DNA of 64,000 bases from Deltaproteobacteria bacterium (GCA_013151775.1 JAADHO010000298.1:2853-66852); one strand, 5' to 3'. Counted from the stretch's first letter, positions 54,496-63,822 are shown. Notes: generated from the letters alone by a model not told the origin. Numbers and translations are program-made.

Positions 54496-57162
54496 TCAGC
54501 GGATGTCCACTTCGTCGAGGGGGATCTCCGTGCGCCCGTCCGCGAAGGCCAGAGGCCGGCGTCCGTTGAGCACGCGCAGGTGAAGGCGCAGGTGCACGGG
54601 GTGTCGCAGGTTGGGCGGCATCACCAGCTCGACCGTGTCCCGCAGGATCTCCCCCGCCTTCCATTGGTTCGTGCGGTAGCGCCCGTTCATGGGCGCGTGG
54701 AAGGCCTCGAAATGTCGTGGCACGGCGTAGCCAGGCGGCCCGAGGATCTTCACGTGGAAGACCAGATCGTCCGTGGTCTCCTCGTCGACTCGATAGTAGA
54801 AGGTCAGGGCGATGCGCTGCCCCATGCGGTAGCGCGTGCGCGGCTGATCGAAGCCCAGCAGAGTGAAATGCCCCGGCAGGCGCAGGTCGAGCCGATGCCC
54901 CATATGCTCCGGCGGAGCCGCGAGTCGCGCCTCGCTGATGACGCGATCCGTGCGGTTCTCCGGGCGGCTCGATTGACCGACCCATGCGCGCAAGAGCCCG
55001 AGCAGCTCCCGCGAATCATCTAGGTCATCGCCCGATAGATCGTGACGCTCCCCTGGATCATCGCGCAGATTGAAGAGCTGTGAGCTGTTGTCGTTGACCC
55101 ACCAGATGAGTTTCATGCCCTCGCGTCGAATGGTCTTCTGATCATAGGTGTAGAGTCCGTCGGGCATCAGCTCCGCGAAGAGCATGCGATCGGAGGGCAG
55201 GTGCCCCTCTCCGTCGAGCAAGGGCAGCAGGCTCCGGGAGGGCGTCTGGTGGGGCATGCGCTCGTTGGCGAGGTTGAGCAGCGTGGGCATGAGATCGAAG
55301 AGGCCCACGGGTTCGCTGACGTGGCGTGGCTCGACCCCCGGGACGCGGATGGCCAAGGTCGCGCGCAGCTCTTCGTCGTAGAGCGCGTTGGCGTGGAACT
55401 GCTCGCCGTGCTCGCCGAAGGCCTCTCCGTGATCCGAGGCCAGGACGACGATGGTGTTGTCGTCGAGCCCTTGATCTTCGAGGGCGGCCAAGAGGCGCTG
55501 CACCTCCGTGTCGACGTAGCTTATCTCCGTGTCGTAGGCGGCCATGGAGCCGGGTCCGAAGCGCGAGGGGCGATGGTCACGCAGATAGGGCTGATGCACG
55601 GTGAAGTAGTGGACCCACAGGAAGAAGGGGTGGTGGGCGGCCTTCAGCGTGGTCAGCTCGGAGATGGCGTGGTCCGAGACCCAGGGGCGTGGCGGGTGAT
55701 AGGCAGGGGCGAGTTGCTTGCGGGCGAAGCCCTGGAAGAAGCCCTGCACGCGCTCGAAGTAGCTCGTGCCCATGACCACGGAGGTGCGGTAGCCGGCCCG
55801 CATGAGGCTCTCCGCGAGCGTCTGGTTGGAGGCCTCGAGGGTGGGCCAGAGGTACTCGGGGCCGAAGGCGATCTGGGAGGGGTAGCGGCCCGTGAAGACG
55901 GAGGGGATCGAGAGCATGGAGCGCGTCGACTGGGCCAGGGCCTGATCGAAGACCACGGCGCCGTCGAGGAAGTCGTCGAGGTGGGGTGAGGTGGGGCGCG
56001 CGTAGCCGTTGTGGCTCAGGTGATCCGGGCGCAGGGCGTCCACGCTGATCAGGACGATGTTGGGCTGGGCGGGCAGCCCCTCGGGTCGCTCCCCGTAGGC
56101 GCCGTCGTTGAGGTCCTCCACCTCGGGCGAGCCATCTCCATCGAAGCAGTCCGCGTCCACGCCGTCGCCCGGTTCGTCCGCGGCGCCCGGATGGATGTCG
56201 GCGTTCGAGTCGTCGCAGTCGTCGCCTCCGAAGGCGAAGGAGAAGCCGTCGCCGTCGCGATCCGTCAGCGTCCGGTAGCCCCGCACCAGCCTCAGGCCGA
56301 GCCCCGAGCGTCGCTCCAGCAGCGTGCGCACGCCGTGGCTCGAGCCGTAGGTCGCGCCGGCGAAGAGCAGCATCAGCAGCCCGAAGACTCCCAGCAGCCC
56401 GAGGGCCAGGCGCGGACGCCCCCACGCCACGCGCCCGTGGCGGGTCCACAGGCTGAGCAGGAAGAAGAAGAGCGCGGCGCCGAGGCCCAGGCCGAAGTGA
56501 AACGGACCGACGATGCTCACCAGCGCGGGTAGGCGATGAATCACCTTGGCGACCACCGCGCTCAGCGTGCCCGCCATCAACACCAGGGCGGCGCCCACGC
56601 AGGCGAAGGGGCCCAGCAGGCGCGCGAGCGGGCGCAGTGCCAGGGAGAGCGCGGCGATCACGAGCGCGCTGATCGCCACCACGCCCAGGGCGGACGCGGC
56701 CATGGCGGCGGCGGCCAGGGAGGCGTCGTGGTAGTGGGTGGCGAAGTGCTTGGCCAAGCGCCACAGGCAGACGAAGGCCAGCGCGAGCCCCGCGCCGGTC
56801 GCCAGGGTGGTGGCGAAGCCCCGCCGGCTGGTGCGGAAGAGGGCGCGTCGCGAGCCCAGGGCCGCCAGGGGCGCGAGCCAGGGTGTGCGCCGGATGACGA
56901 CGCCGATGCTTGCTAGGCCCAGCCCCAAGAGCAGCGCGAAGGGCAGCAGCAGGGCGACTAGATAGAGCAGCGCCATGGGCGCGTCCCCCATGCCCGTGAC
57001 GCCCGCGTGCGCCTTGACCTGACCGTGGATCAGATCCGCGACGCCATAGGCGACCAGGGTCCAGATGGCCGCCGTGGACAGGGACCAGGCGCTGGCCGTC
57101 CAGCTGCGCGAGGGCCTCGCCCCGGGGGTGTCCCTGTGTGCGCTCGAGGATCGACTCAGCAT
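54496..57162 (-). CDS. membrane-anchored sulfatase-superfamily (alkaline-phosphatase-like) hydrolase/transferase with embedded MopE-type metal-binding motif
   Basis: ATG at 57162. The N-terminal ~280 aa are polytopic. Next comes DRDGDGFSFAFGGDDCDDSNADIHPGAADEPGDGVDADC. The sulfatase domain follows: PNIVLISVDALRPDHLSHNGYARPTSPHLD, SIPSVFTGRYP, VLASDHGEAFGEHG. Confidence 0.8.
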   Translation of the reverse strand: MLSRSSSAHRDTPGARPSRSWTASAWSLSTAAIWTLVAYGVADLIHGQVKAHAGVTGMGDAPMALLYLVALLLPFALLLGLGLASIGVVIRRTPWLAPLAALGSRRALFRTSRRGFATTLATGAGLALAFVCLWRLAKHFATHYHDASLAAAAMAASALGVVAISALVIAALSLALRPLARLLGPFACVGAALVLMAGTLSAVVAKVIHRLPALVSIVGPFHFGLGLGAALFFFLLSLWTRHGRVAWGRPRLALGLLGVFGLLMLLFAGATYGSSHGVRTLLERRSGLGLRLVRGYRTLTDRDGDGFSFAFGGDDCDDSNADIHPGAADEPGDGVDADCFDGDGSPEVEDLNDGAYGERPEGLPAQPNIVLISVDALRPDHLSHNGYARPTSPHLDDFLDGAVVFDQALAQSTRSMLSIPSVFTGRYPSQIAFGPEYLWPTLEASNQTLAESLMRAGYRTSVVMGTSYFERVQGFFQGFARKQLAPAYHPPRPWVSDHAISELTTLKAAHHPFFLWVHYFTVHQPYLRDHRPSRFGPGSMAAYDTEISYVDTEVQRLLAALEDQGLDDNTIVVLASDHGEAFGEHGEQFHANALYDEELRATLAIRVPGVEPRHVSEPVGLFDLMPTLLNLANERMPHQTPSRSLLPLLDGEGHLPSDRMLFAELMPDGLYTYDQKTIRREGMKLIWWVNDNSSQLFNLRDDPGERHDLSGDDLDDSRELLGLLRAWVGQSSRPENRTDRVISEARLAAPPEHMGHRLDLRLPGHFTLLGFDQPRTRYRMGQRIALTFYYRVDEETTDDLVFHVKILGPPGYAVPRHFEAFHAPMNGRYRTNQWKAGEILRDTVELVMPPNLRHPVHLRLHLRVLNGRRPLAFADGRTEIPLDEVDIR

Positions 57163-57166
57163 GCCC

Positions 57167-57925
57167 TCATCCGTCGGCTGAGCTCCGGCCGCACACGGCC
57201 CACCAGCTGAGCCCAGGCGCCTCCAGGGGGCTGCGTGAGAGCAGCCCGCTGAGCCGGGTGTCGAGGGTCAGGGCCGTGTCGACCAGGCGTGAGATCAGTG
57301 GACCCGCGCGCCAGCCAAGATCGTGCGCCCGTCCCTTGCGACCCGTCAGCCGCTCCACGCCGACCTGCAGCGCCCGGGGCGCCAGCAGCGAGTGGAACAA
57401 GCCCCCCGAGGCCAGCGGCACCAGACCCGACTGCGTCAGGACCCGCTTGGCGTCCGCGGGCGTGTAGCGGCGATGGTGGGCGAGGGAGCGATCGTGCGAG
57501 GAGAAGAGCATGGGCCAGGCGGGGATGCTGAACACCAGCCGGCCCTCGGGCGCCAGCCGAGGCATGAGCTCGCGCATGAAGTCCAAGTCGTCAGGCACGT
57601 GCTCGAGCACGTCGAGCAGCAAGATGGTGTCGAACGGCCCCTCGGGGAGATCCCGGCAGAACTGGATGGACGCGGAGGTCTGGGCCGCCAGGCTCGCGAG
57701 ATCCTGATCGGTGTAGAGCAGGTCCTGGCACACCACCTCGGCCGAGGCATGCTCCTGCACCAGGCGATTGGCCAGGTAGGCGTCCCCCGCGCCCACGTCG
57801 AGCACGCGTCCGGGCGACGCCGGCAGCCGGTCCAAGAAGAAGCGAGCGCGCGCCACCTCCCAGGGGTGACGTCTCAGTGTGGTCTCGGGGCGCTCTGCGA
57901 GGTCCATCGTCGGGCTGCTTACCAC
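57167..57925 (-). CDS. class I SAM-dependent methyltransferase
   Basis: Motif I is RVLDVGAGDAYLAN. The post-I/II region is FDTILLLDVLEHVPDD, followed by LAPEGRLVFSIP. The stop lies 4 nt before the sulfatase start. Confidence 0.8.
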   Translation of the reverse strand: MVSSPTMDLAERPETTLRRHPWEVARARFFLDRLPASPGRVLDVGAGDAYLANRLVQEHASAEVVCQDLLYTDQDLASLAAQTSASIQFCRDLPEGPFDTILLLDVLEHVPDDLDFMRELMPRLAPEGRLVFSIPAWPMLFSSHDRSLAHHRRYTPADAKRVLTQSGLVPLASGGLFHSLLAPRALQVGVERLTGRKGRAHDLGWRAGPLISRLVDTALTLDTRLSGLLSRSPLEAPGLSWWAVCGRSSADG

Positions 57926-57940
57926 GCCCTCGGGAGGCCG

Positions 57941-59707
57941 TCAGCGCCTCGTCGTGCCGACGCCCCGGGCGGCGGCGTCTGCGAGTCGGTCTCGACCTTC
58001 CTCACGGTAGAGCTCGGAGAGGCGCAGCCTGTCGGACGCAGGCGACGCCGGACCCAAGGCCAGGATGTGGTCCCGAAGGCGCGTGGCCCGATCGTGACCT
58101 TCTGGCGACCAGTGTTCGCACACGAAGGCCACCATCCGCCGCGCTCCGGGATCCGACTCGGCCGAGAGCATACGCGGGATGATCACGTGGGGCGCCAGCA
58201 AGAGCGCCGCCACCAGCGCGGGAGCCAGTAGTCGCGGCAGAGGCCGAGCCGATCCCGTCTTCTGCAGGCCCGCCCACAGCAGCGCCCCGAGCAGCAGCAG
58301 CGCCACGGGCAGCATGGACAGGCTGCCGAAGACCCCGAGCAGGCCACCGGCGTTGGTGGGCGCGTAGTCGTGGGCGATCAAGACGCTGAAGAGCTGAGTC
58401 AGAGGCCAGTCGAATTCATCCGGCAGATGTGGATAGTAGGCCGACGGGATGCCCGCGCTCAGCATGCAGGCGGCCAGCCCGCCGAGGGCGAGCGCGGAGG
58501 CCAAGAGCGGGCGGCGTCTGTGAAGCGCCGTCAGAGTCACCAGGCTCGCCCAGGCCAGGAAGGGGATCAGCGCCACCAGGTAGCGCGGCCCGATGGACCA
58601 GCCGGCGTGCCAGATGTTCATGAAGCAGATGAAGATGTAGAGCAGCAAGCTCGCCCCGAAGAGGCAGAGGGCACCCGCGCGCGTGTCCCGGCGGCGCAGC
58701 AGGAGCCAGACGCCCGGGAGGCCCAGGATCAGCAGCGGGCTGGTGGCGAAGAGGCCGAGGCGCTCGTCGAAGAGCAGCCGCAGGGCGCCCATGAAGTGGA
58801 AGGTCTGGGCGCCATAGAAGCCCACGGCGTGGCCGGCGCGGAAGGCGGCGTTCTCCACGAAGTGATGACCAGGCGTCAGCGGGTTGCCGAAGGCGTGGGA
58901 CTGGAAGTGCATGACCGCCAGCACCGGCACCAGGGCGCCGAGCACGAAGCCCAGGATCCGCAGGCGGGGCCGCAGGGCGAAGAGCGAGAAGAGGCAGAGG
59001 CCGGCCGTGATGAAGAAGCAGGGGTACTCCAGCGCGCTGGTCGCAGTGGCCAAGGCTCCCGCTAACCCGGCGCTCCACCAGCCCAAGCTGCCCCCGCGTC
59101 GCGCTCGGTCGAGGATCATGAAGCTGCCCATGGCGGCGGCCGCGCTGGTGCTGTGGCTGGCGAAGAGATAGGCGTAGCCCCAGACCACGGAGCCGAGGCC
59201 GACGACCAAGAACACGCTGTCGCGCAGCAGTGGGCTCGGGGTGAATTCTCCGAGCCAGCGGTAGAAGAAGAAGAGGAAGAGCAGCAGCGGCAGGATCGAG
59301 CCCGTGACGCGCACGGTCCACAGGGCCTCCGTGCGGTCGAAGTCGTCGCCCGGGTGCAGCCAGCGGTAGAGGGCGTAGCCGGGCACGCCCATGAGGCTCG
59401 TGCCGGGACCCTTCACCGAGTAGTAGTGGCGCTCCACGCCCGGGGCGGGCCGTCGCGTCTCACAAGGGGTGAGCGCGCCATCCTCGCCCCGGTCGACGCA
59501 GGCCGCGTCGTTGGTCCAGCCCCAGCGCGCTCGGGGGCCGTCGATGGCGTAGGTGCCGTCGTCCACCAGAGCCGCCGTCATGTAGAAGCGGACGTTCTCG
59601 TTGGGGTTGTTGAGGGCCGCGTAGTAGGGGAAGACGTAGAGGTAGGCGAAGGCGCAGAGCGCGACCGCGAACAGGCTTCGTCGAATGCTGGGCCGCGCGC
59701 CGTTCAT
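57941..59707 (-). CDS. polytopic GT-C-like (ArnT/PMT-like) membrane glycosyltransferase candidate
   Basis: ATG 59707 (MNGARPSIRRSLFAVALCAFAYLYVFPYY). The first periplasmic loop carries YYSVKGPGTSLMGVPGY. About 12 TM helices follow, then a C-terminal soluble TPR-like tail. The role is inferred from architecture and the neighbouring GT2. Confidence 0.55.
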   Translation of the reverse strand: MNGARPSIRRSLFAVALCAFAYLYVFPYYAALNNPNENVRFYMTAALVDDGTYAIDGPRARWGWTNDAACVDRGEDGALTPCETRRPAPGVERHYYSVKGPGTSLMGVPGYALYRWLHPGDDFDRTEALWTVRVTGSILPLLLFLFFFYRWLGEFTPSPLLRDSVFLVVGLGSVVWGYAYLFASHSTSAAAAMGSFMILDRARRGGSLGWWSAGLAGALATATSALEYPCFFITAGLCLFSLFALRPRLRILGFVLGALVPVLAVMHFQSHAFGNPLTPGHHFVENAAFRAGHAVGFYGAQTFHFMGALRLLFDERLGLFATSPLLILGLPGVWLLLRRRDTRAGALCLFGASLLLYIFICFMNIWHAGWSIGPRYLVALIPFLAWASLVTLTALHRRRPLLASALALGGLAACMLSAGIPSAYYPHLPDEFDWPLTQLFSVLIAHDYAPTNAGGLLGVFGSLSMLPVALLLLGALLWAGLQKTGSARPLPRLLAPALVAALLLAPHVIIPRMLSAESDPGARRMVAFVCEHWSPEGHDRATRLRDHILALGPASPASDRLRLSELYREEGRDRLADAAARGVGTTRR

Positions 59708-59840
59708 GCGACGAGGCTCTAGCATGCCCAGCCTTTGGGGCACACGTCGTTGCGGCCCGTGGAGCGTCGGGATACAAGGCGGACGTGCCGCATCCTCAAC
59801 CCGCATCGGGAGTGACGACACGCTCGAGGGGCGGGTCCGC

Positions 59841-60650
59841 GTGAGCATCAAGCTTCTGCTCCCAACCTACCGAGCGCGTGAGCGCTACATCCGGCGCGCC
59901 CTCGACCAGCTCTCGCCCGGCGGACGCGTGGGCCGCATGCTGCACGTGGGCTCCGGCGAGGGCGAGGTCGATCACTGGCTCGCCCCGGTGGCGGATCAGA
60001 TCGACTCCATCGACATCAACCACGGCGACGTGGCGGTGGCCCACGCCTCCGCCGCCGCCCTGAGCAACGTGCGTTACTCCGTGCAGGATGGCGAGCGCAT
60101 GGCCTTCGCGGACGCGAGCTTCGATCTCGCCGTCTGCCTCGAGGTGATCGAGCACGCGGCGCACCCCGGCGCGCTGCTGCGAGACATCGGTCGAGTGCTG
60201 CGCCCGGGTGGGCATCTGCTGCTCACCTGCCCCCACGCCGACTTCCCCTTCACCTACGATCCGTTGAACCGCGTGCTCCGGCGTTGGGGCCTGCGCCTGC
60301 CCTTGGGCGCCTATGGCTACGGCCACCATTGGTTGGCCAGCGAGGCGGAGGTGTCCGGCTGGGCGCGCGAGGCCGGGTTCGAGGTGGTCGCCTTCACGCC
60401 CCTCTCGCATCACCTCGTGGGCCTCGCCGAGTGCTATCTGCCGGGCCTGGCACAGCGGCTCTTGAAGCGGAACTCGGCCAACACGGGCGCCGACGAGTTT
60501 CCGGCGCGCGGGCCCGTGCGTGCGCGTCCCAGCCCCAGCGGCGAGCCCGCTCTGGTGCGGCTGACGGATCTGCTGATCGCGCTGGATCAGCGCCTGGCGT
60601 CTTCGGACAGCTCCTCCATTGGCCTGGCGTGGACCTTTCGCCGACGCTGA
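59841..60650 (+). CDS. class I SAM-dependent methyltransferase (Methyltransf_11-like)
   Basis: GTG at 59841. Motif I is RMLHVGSGEGEVD. FDLAVCLEVIEHAAHP and LRPGGHLLLTCP are present. Confidence 0.8.
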   Translation: MSIKLLLPTYRARERYIRRALDQLSPGGRVGRMLHVGSGEGEVDHWLAPVADQIDSIDINHGDVAVAHASAAALSNVRYSVQDGERMAFADASFDLAVCLEVIEHAAHPGALLRDIGRVLRPGGHLLLTCPHADFPFTYDPLNRVLRRWGLRLPLGAYGYGHHWLASEAEVSGWAREAGFEVVAFTPLSHHLVGLAECYLPGLAQRLLKRNSANTGADEFPARGPVRARPSPSGEPALVRLTDLLIALDQRLASSDSSSIGLAWTFRRR

Positions 60651-60708
60651 AGTGCAGGGACGCGCAGCTTCGCTTGCTGCGGTCTCGCGCCGCCACTAGA
60701 ACGCCCCG

Positions 60709-61473
60709 GTGCTGAGGCCGCCGACATCTCCGCTCCGGCTCTCCATCGTGCTGCCTTGTTATGACGAGGCCGCCAACGTGCGCGCCGTGGTCGAGGACGC
60801 GCTGCGCGTGGGCCGCGCCGTGACCGAGGCGCTCGAGGTGATCGTGGTGGACGATGGCAGTCGCGACGAGACCGCCGGCATCGTCGAGCAGCTCGCGCGC
60901 CGGGAGCCCGAGCTGCGCCTACTTCGCCACCCGCTCAACCAAGGCTATGGCGCCGCCCTGCGCAGTGGTTTCCTGGCCGCGCGCATGCCCTGGGTCTTCT
61001 ACACGGACGGCGACGCCCAGTTCGATCTCGACGATCTACCCGGCATCTTGCCCTTGCTCGAGAGCCACGACATCGTCTCCTGCTATCGCGTGGCGCGGCG
61101 CGACGGGCCGCTGCGCTTCGTCCTAGGGCGCGCCTTCACCTTCGCCTGCGACGCGCTGCTCGGGCTCGATCTGGTGGACGTGAACTGCGCCTTCAAGATC
61201 TACCCACGCGCGCTCTTCGACGCCTTCGAGATCCAGAGCCAGGGCGCGCTGGTCGACGCCGAGGTGTTGGCGGCGGCGCGTGGGCTGGGGCTGCGTGTGG
61301 CGCAGGTGGGTGTGCCCCATCGCCCACGACGCGCGGGCAGGCAGACGGGCGCGAGCCCCAAGGTGGTGGCGCGGGCCGCGCTCGAGCTCTCACGTCTATG
61401 TCTTCGGCGGCTCTCGCCCACGCACCCGCTGCTGACCACTGCGGTCACCGAGACTCCGGCAGAGGCTCAGTAG
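60709..61473 (+). CDS. family-2 glycosyltransferase (polyprenyl-phosphate sugar synthase, DPM1/ArnC-like)
   Basis: GTG at 60709. LSIVLPCYDEAANV, VIVVDDGSRDET, NQGYGAALRSG and YTDGDAQFD (DxD) are present. Confidence 0.85.
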   Translation: MLRPPTSPLRLSIVLPCYDEAANVRAVVEDALRVGRAVTEALEVIVVDDGSRDETAGIVEQLARREPELRLLRHPLNQGYGAALRSGFLAARMPWVFYTDGDAQFDLDDLPGILPLLESHDIVSCYRVARRDGPLRFVLGRAFTFACDALLGLDLVDVNCAFKIYPRALFDAFEIQSQGALVDAEVLAAARGLGLRVAQVGVPHRPRRAGRQTGASPKVVARAALELSRLCLRRLSPTHPLLTTAVTETPAEAQ

Positions 61474-62369
61474 CAGACGCGGTTGCGGCCGCTGTCTTTG
61501 GCTTCGTAGAGCTTGTCGTCGGCGAGCTTGATCAGCTCCTCGCCGGTGGTCATGCCCTCTTGCCAGGTCGCCACTCCCAGGCTGATGGTGATGTCCATGA
61601 CCGTGTTCTCGAACTCGAAGCGCGAGTCGTCGATCAAGGCGTTCATCTTGCGCGCCAGGCCCACCGCGCCCTCGAGCCCGACCTCCGGCAGGATGATGGC
61701 GAACTCCTCGCCTCCCGTGCGTGCGACCACGTCGTCGCGGCGCACGCGCGTGCGCACCAGCGTGCCCAAGCGCCTCAGCACGGCGTCGCCCGCGAGGTGG
61801 CCGTGGGTGTCGTTCACGCGCTTGAAGTGGTCGATGTCGAAGAGGATCAGCGAGAAGGAGCGACCGTAGCGCGCGCAACGCGAGACCTCGCGCTCGAGCA
61901 TCTCGTCGAAGTAGCGCTTGTTGTGGATCTGCGTGAGGCCGTCCACCGTCATCAGCCGGTAGATCTCCTCGTGGTACTGGGCCTCGACGTTGCCGCCCGT
62001 GATGTACTTGAGGATGGTGCGGCCGACCTTGATCTGGTCGCCATCTCGGAGCTCGATCTCTTCGCAGGGCTCGTCGTTGACGTAGGTGCCGTTGGTGGAG
62101 CCGAGATCGCGCACGCGATGACGCTTGCCCCTGAAGGTGATCTGACAGTGATTGCGCGAGACGCTCTCCTGGTCCACCTGCATATCCGCTTGGGAAGAGC
62201 GCCCGATGATGGCGCGCGACGTGCCTAGAGGGACGCGCCGACCGATGTCGTCTCCGTAGATCACGATGAGGCAAGCGTCGCTTCCATCCGCACCCCCGCG
62301 CTCCGGTGGCGGCCCGATGACCGTCACGACCGTGCGGTTCGGATTCGTCGTCCGATCCTCGTCGTCCAT
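61467..62369 (-). CDS. FHA-domain diguanylate cyclase (GGEEF) with I-site
   Basis: ATG 62369 is preceded by a GGGGAG Shine-Dalgarno. The FHA domain reads IGRSSQADMQVDQESVSRNHCQITF..LGSTNGTYVND. The GGDEF domain reads LILFDIDHFKRVNDTHGHLAGD..RRDDVVARTGGEEFAIIL, with RxxD exactly 5 residues before GGEEF. Confidence 0.9.
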   Translation of the reverse strand: MDDEDRTTNPNRTVVTVIGPPPERGGADGSDACLIVIYGDDIGRRVPLGTSRAIIGRSSQADMQVDQESVSRNHCQITFRGKRHRVRDLGSTNGTYVNDEPCEEIELRDGDQIKVGRTILKYITGGNVEAQYHEEIYRLMTVDGLTQIHNKRYFDEMLEREVSRCARYGRSFSLILFDIDHFKRVNDTHGHLAGDAVLRRLGTLVRTRVRRDDVVARTGGEEFAIILPEVGLEGAVGLARKMNALIDDSRFEFENTVMDITISLGVATWQEGMTTGEELIKLADDKLYEAKDSGRNRVCY

Positions 62370-62424
62370 CTCCCCATGGTACCGACTGGGGCGCCGCTGC
62401 CAAGCAGATCTCCTGCTGATGTGT

Positions 62425-63822
62425 TCAGCCGAGGCTGTGACGCTTGGATCGGGCGGCCTCGAGATCGCGCACGCGCGCCGCCGCCTCGGCGTAGCCTGCG
62501 CGACCCAAGAGACCATAGGCGAGCTCTTTGCCGCCCTCCACGCCAGGTTGATCGAAGGCGTTCACCCCGTAGAGCTCGCCGGCGATGGCCGTGGCCGCTT
62601 GGTAGAGGAAGAAGAGCGCGCCGAGCCCGTGGGCGTCGAGGCGTGGCAGGCCGATGGTGAGGTTCGGGCGCCCGCCCTCGGCCAGCGCCAAGGCCGTACC
62701 ACGGCGCTCGAAGTCGAGCAGCTGCGCCAGGCTGTGGCCGCCGAGGTAGGCGTAGTCGCCGTCTTCGTGCGGGATGGTCAGATCGTGGGCCAGCTCCGCC
62801 ACGCGCACGAAGGTCACGAGCTTGTCCCGCGGTCCCTCCACGAAGAGCTGCCCCTGGGCGTGCTGATCGGTCGCGCCCACGGCGGGCAGGGGCGTGGGCC
62901 CGCTCTCCACGATGCGTCCGCGCCGGTCGAGGCGCTTGCCCAGGCTCTCGGCCCAGAGCTGCACATACCAGGCGGCGAAGGGCCGCAGCGCGTCGGCGTA
63001 GGGCATCAGCACGTGGATCCCGTGGCCGCGCAGTCGCTGGTGCAGCACGTGGAGCGTGGCCAGCAGCCCCGCGGGGTTGTCGCGCAGAGTCGGCACGCGG
63101 CAGGCCTCGGCCATGGCCGCAGCGCCATCGAGTAGCCCCGAGGCGTCCAGCCCCAGGAGCCGCGCAGGCAACAGCCCCACGGGCGTGAACACGCTGAAGC
63201 GCCCACCGACGTTGGACGGAATCGAGAAGGCCTCGAGCCCCTCCGCCTCGGCCAGATCGTGCAGGCTTCCTCCCTCGGGATCGGTGATCACCACCAGGTG
63301 TTCGCTCGCCTTCTCCGCCAGCCCTTGGGCCAGCCACTGTCGGGCGACCAAGAGCGCCGCCGCGGTCTCCACGGTGCCGCCCGACTTGCTCACGGCCACG
63401 ACCAGGGTCGCGCGCGGCTCGAGGCAGCCCAGGAGCGCGGCGAGTCGCCCCGGATCGGAGTTGTCGGGCAGGTGCAGGCGCCGGCGCTCGGGCTGAGTGA
63501 AGGCGAGCTCCGTGGAGGCACCGAGCCCCTCCACCAAAGCCTTGGCGCCCAGGGAGGAGCCGCCGATGCCCAGCATCAAGACGTCCGTGATGCCCTCGGG
63601 CAAGCTCCCGACGTAGGCGTCGATGGCCTGCAGCGCGGCGCGCTCCTTGGGCAGTGTGAAGAACCCCAGCCTGCCCGCGTCGACCTCGCCGAGCAGGCGC
63701 GCGAGGCCGCGCTCGAAGGCCGGCGCCTCGGCGTCGAGCTCGGCGTCCGTGAGTCCGCCGCGGTCGCCGACGCCGTCGGACATGCAGAGGCTATAGTCGA
63801 TGCTCAGGGGAGAGGTGTTCAT
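62425..63822 (-). CDS. pgi: glucose-6-phosphate isomerase
   Basis: ATG at 63822. LMLGIGGSSLGAKAL, VVAVSKSGGTVET and SNVGGRFSVFTPVG (PGI signature) are present. GATDQHAQGQL is also present. Confidence 0.9.
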   Translation of the reverse strand: MNTSPLSIDYSLCMSDGVGDRGGLTDAELDAEAPAFERGLARLLGEVDAGRLGFFTLPKERAALQAIDAYVGSLPEGITDVLMLGIGGSSLGAKALVEGLGASTELAFTQPERRRLHLPDNSDPGRLAALLGCLEPRATLVVAVSKSGGTVETAAALLVARQWLAQGLAEKASEHLVVITDPEGGSLHDLAEAEGLEAFSIPSNVGGRFSVFTPVGLLPARLLGLDASGLLDGAAAMAEACRVPTLRDNPAGLLATLHVLHQRLRGHGIHVLMPYADALRPFAAWYVQLWAESLGKRLDRRGRIVESGPTPLPAVGATDQHAQGQLFVEGPRDKLVTFVRVAELAHDLTIPHEDGDYAYLGGHSLAQLLDFERRGTALALAEGGRPNLTIGLPRLDAHGLGALFFLYQAATAIAGELYGVNAFDQPGVEGGKELAYGLLGRAGYAEAAARVRDLEAARSKRHSLG

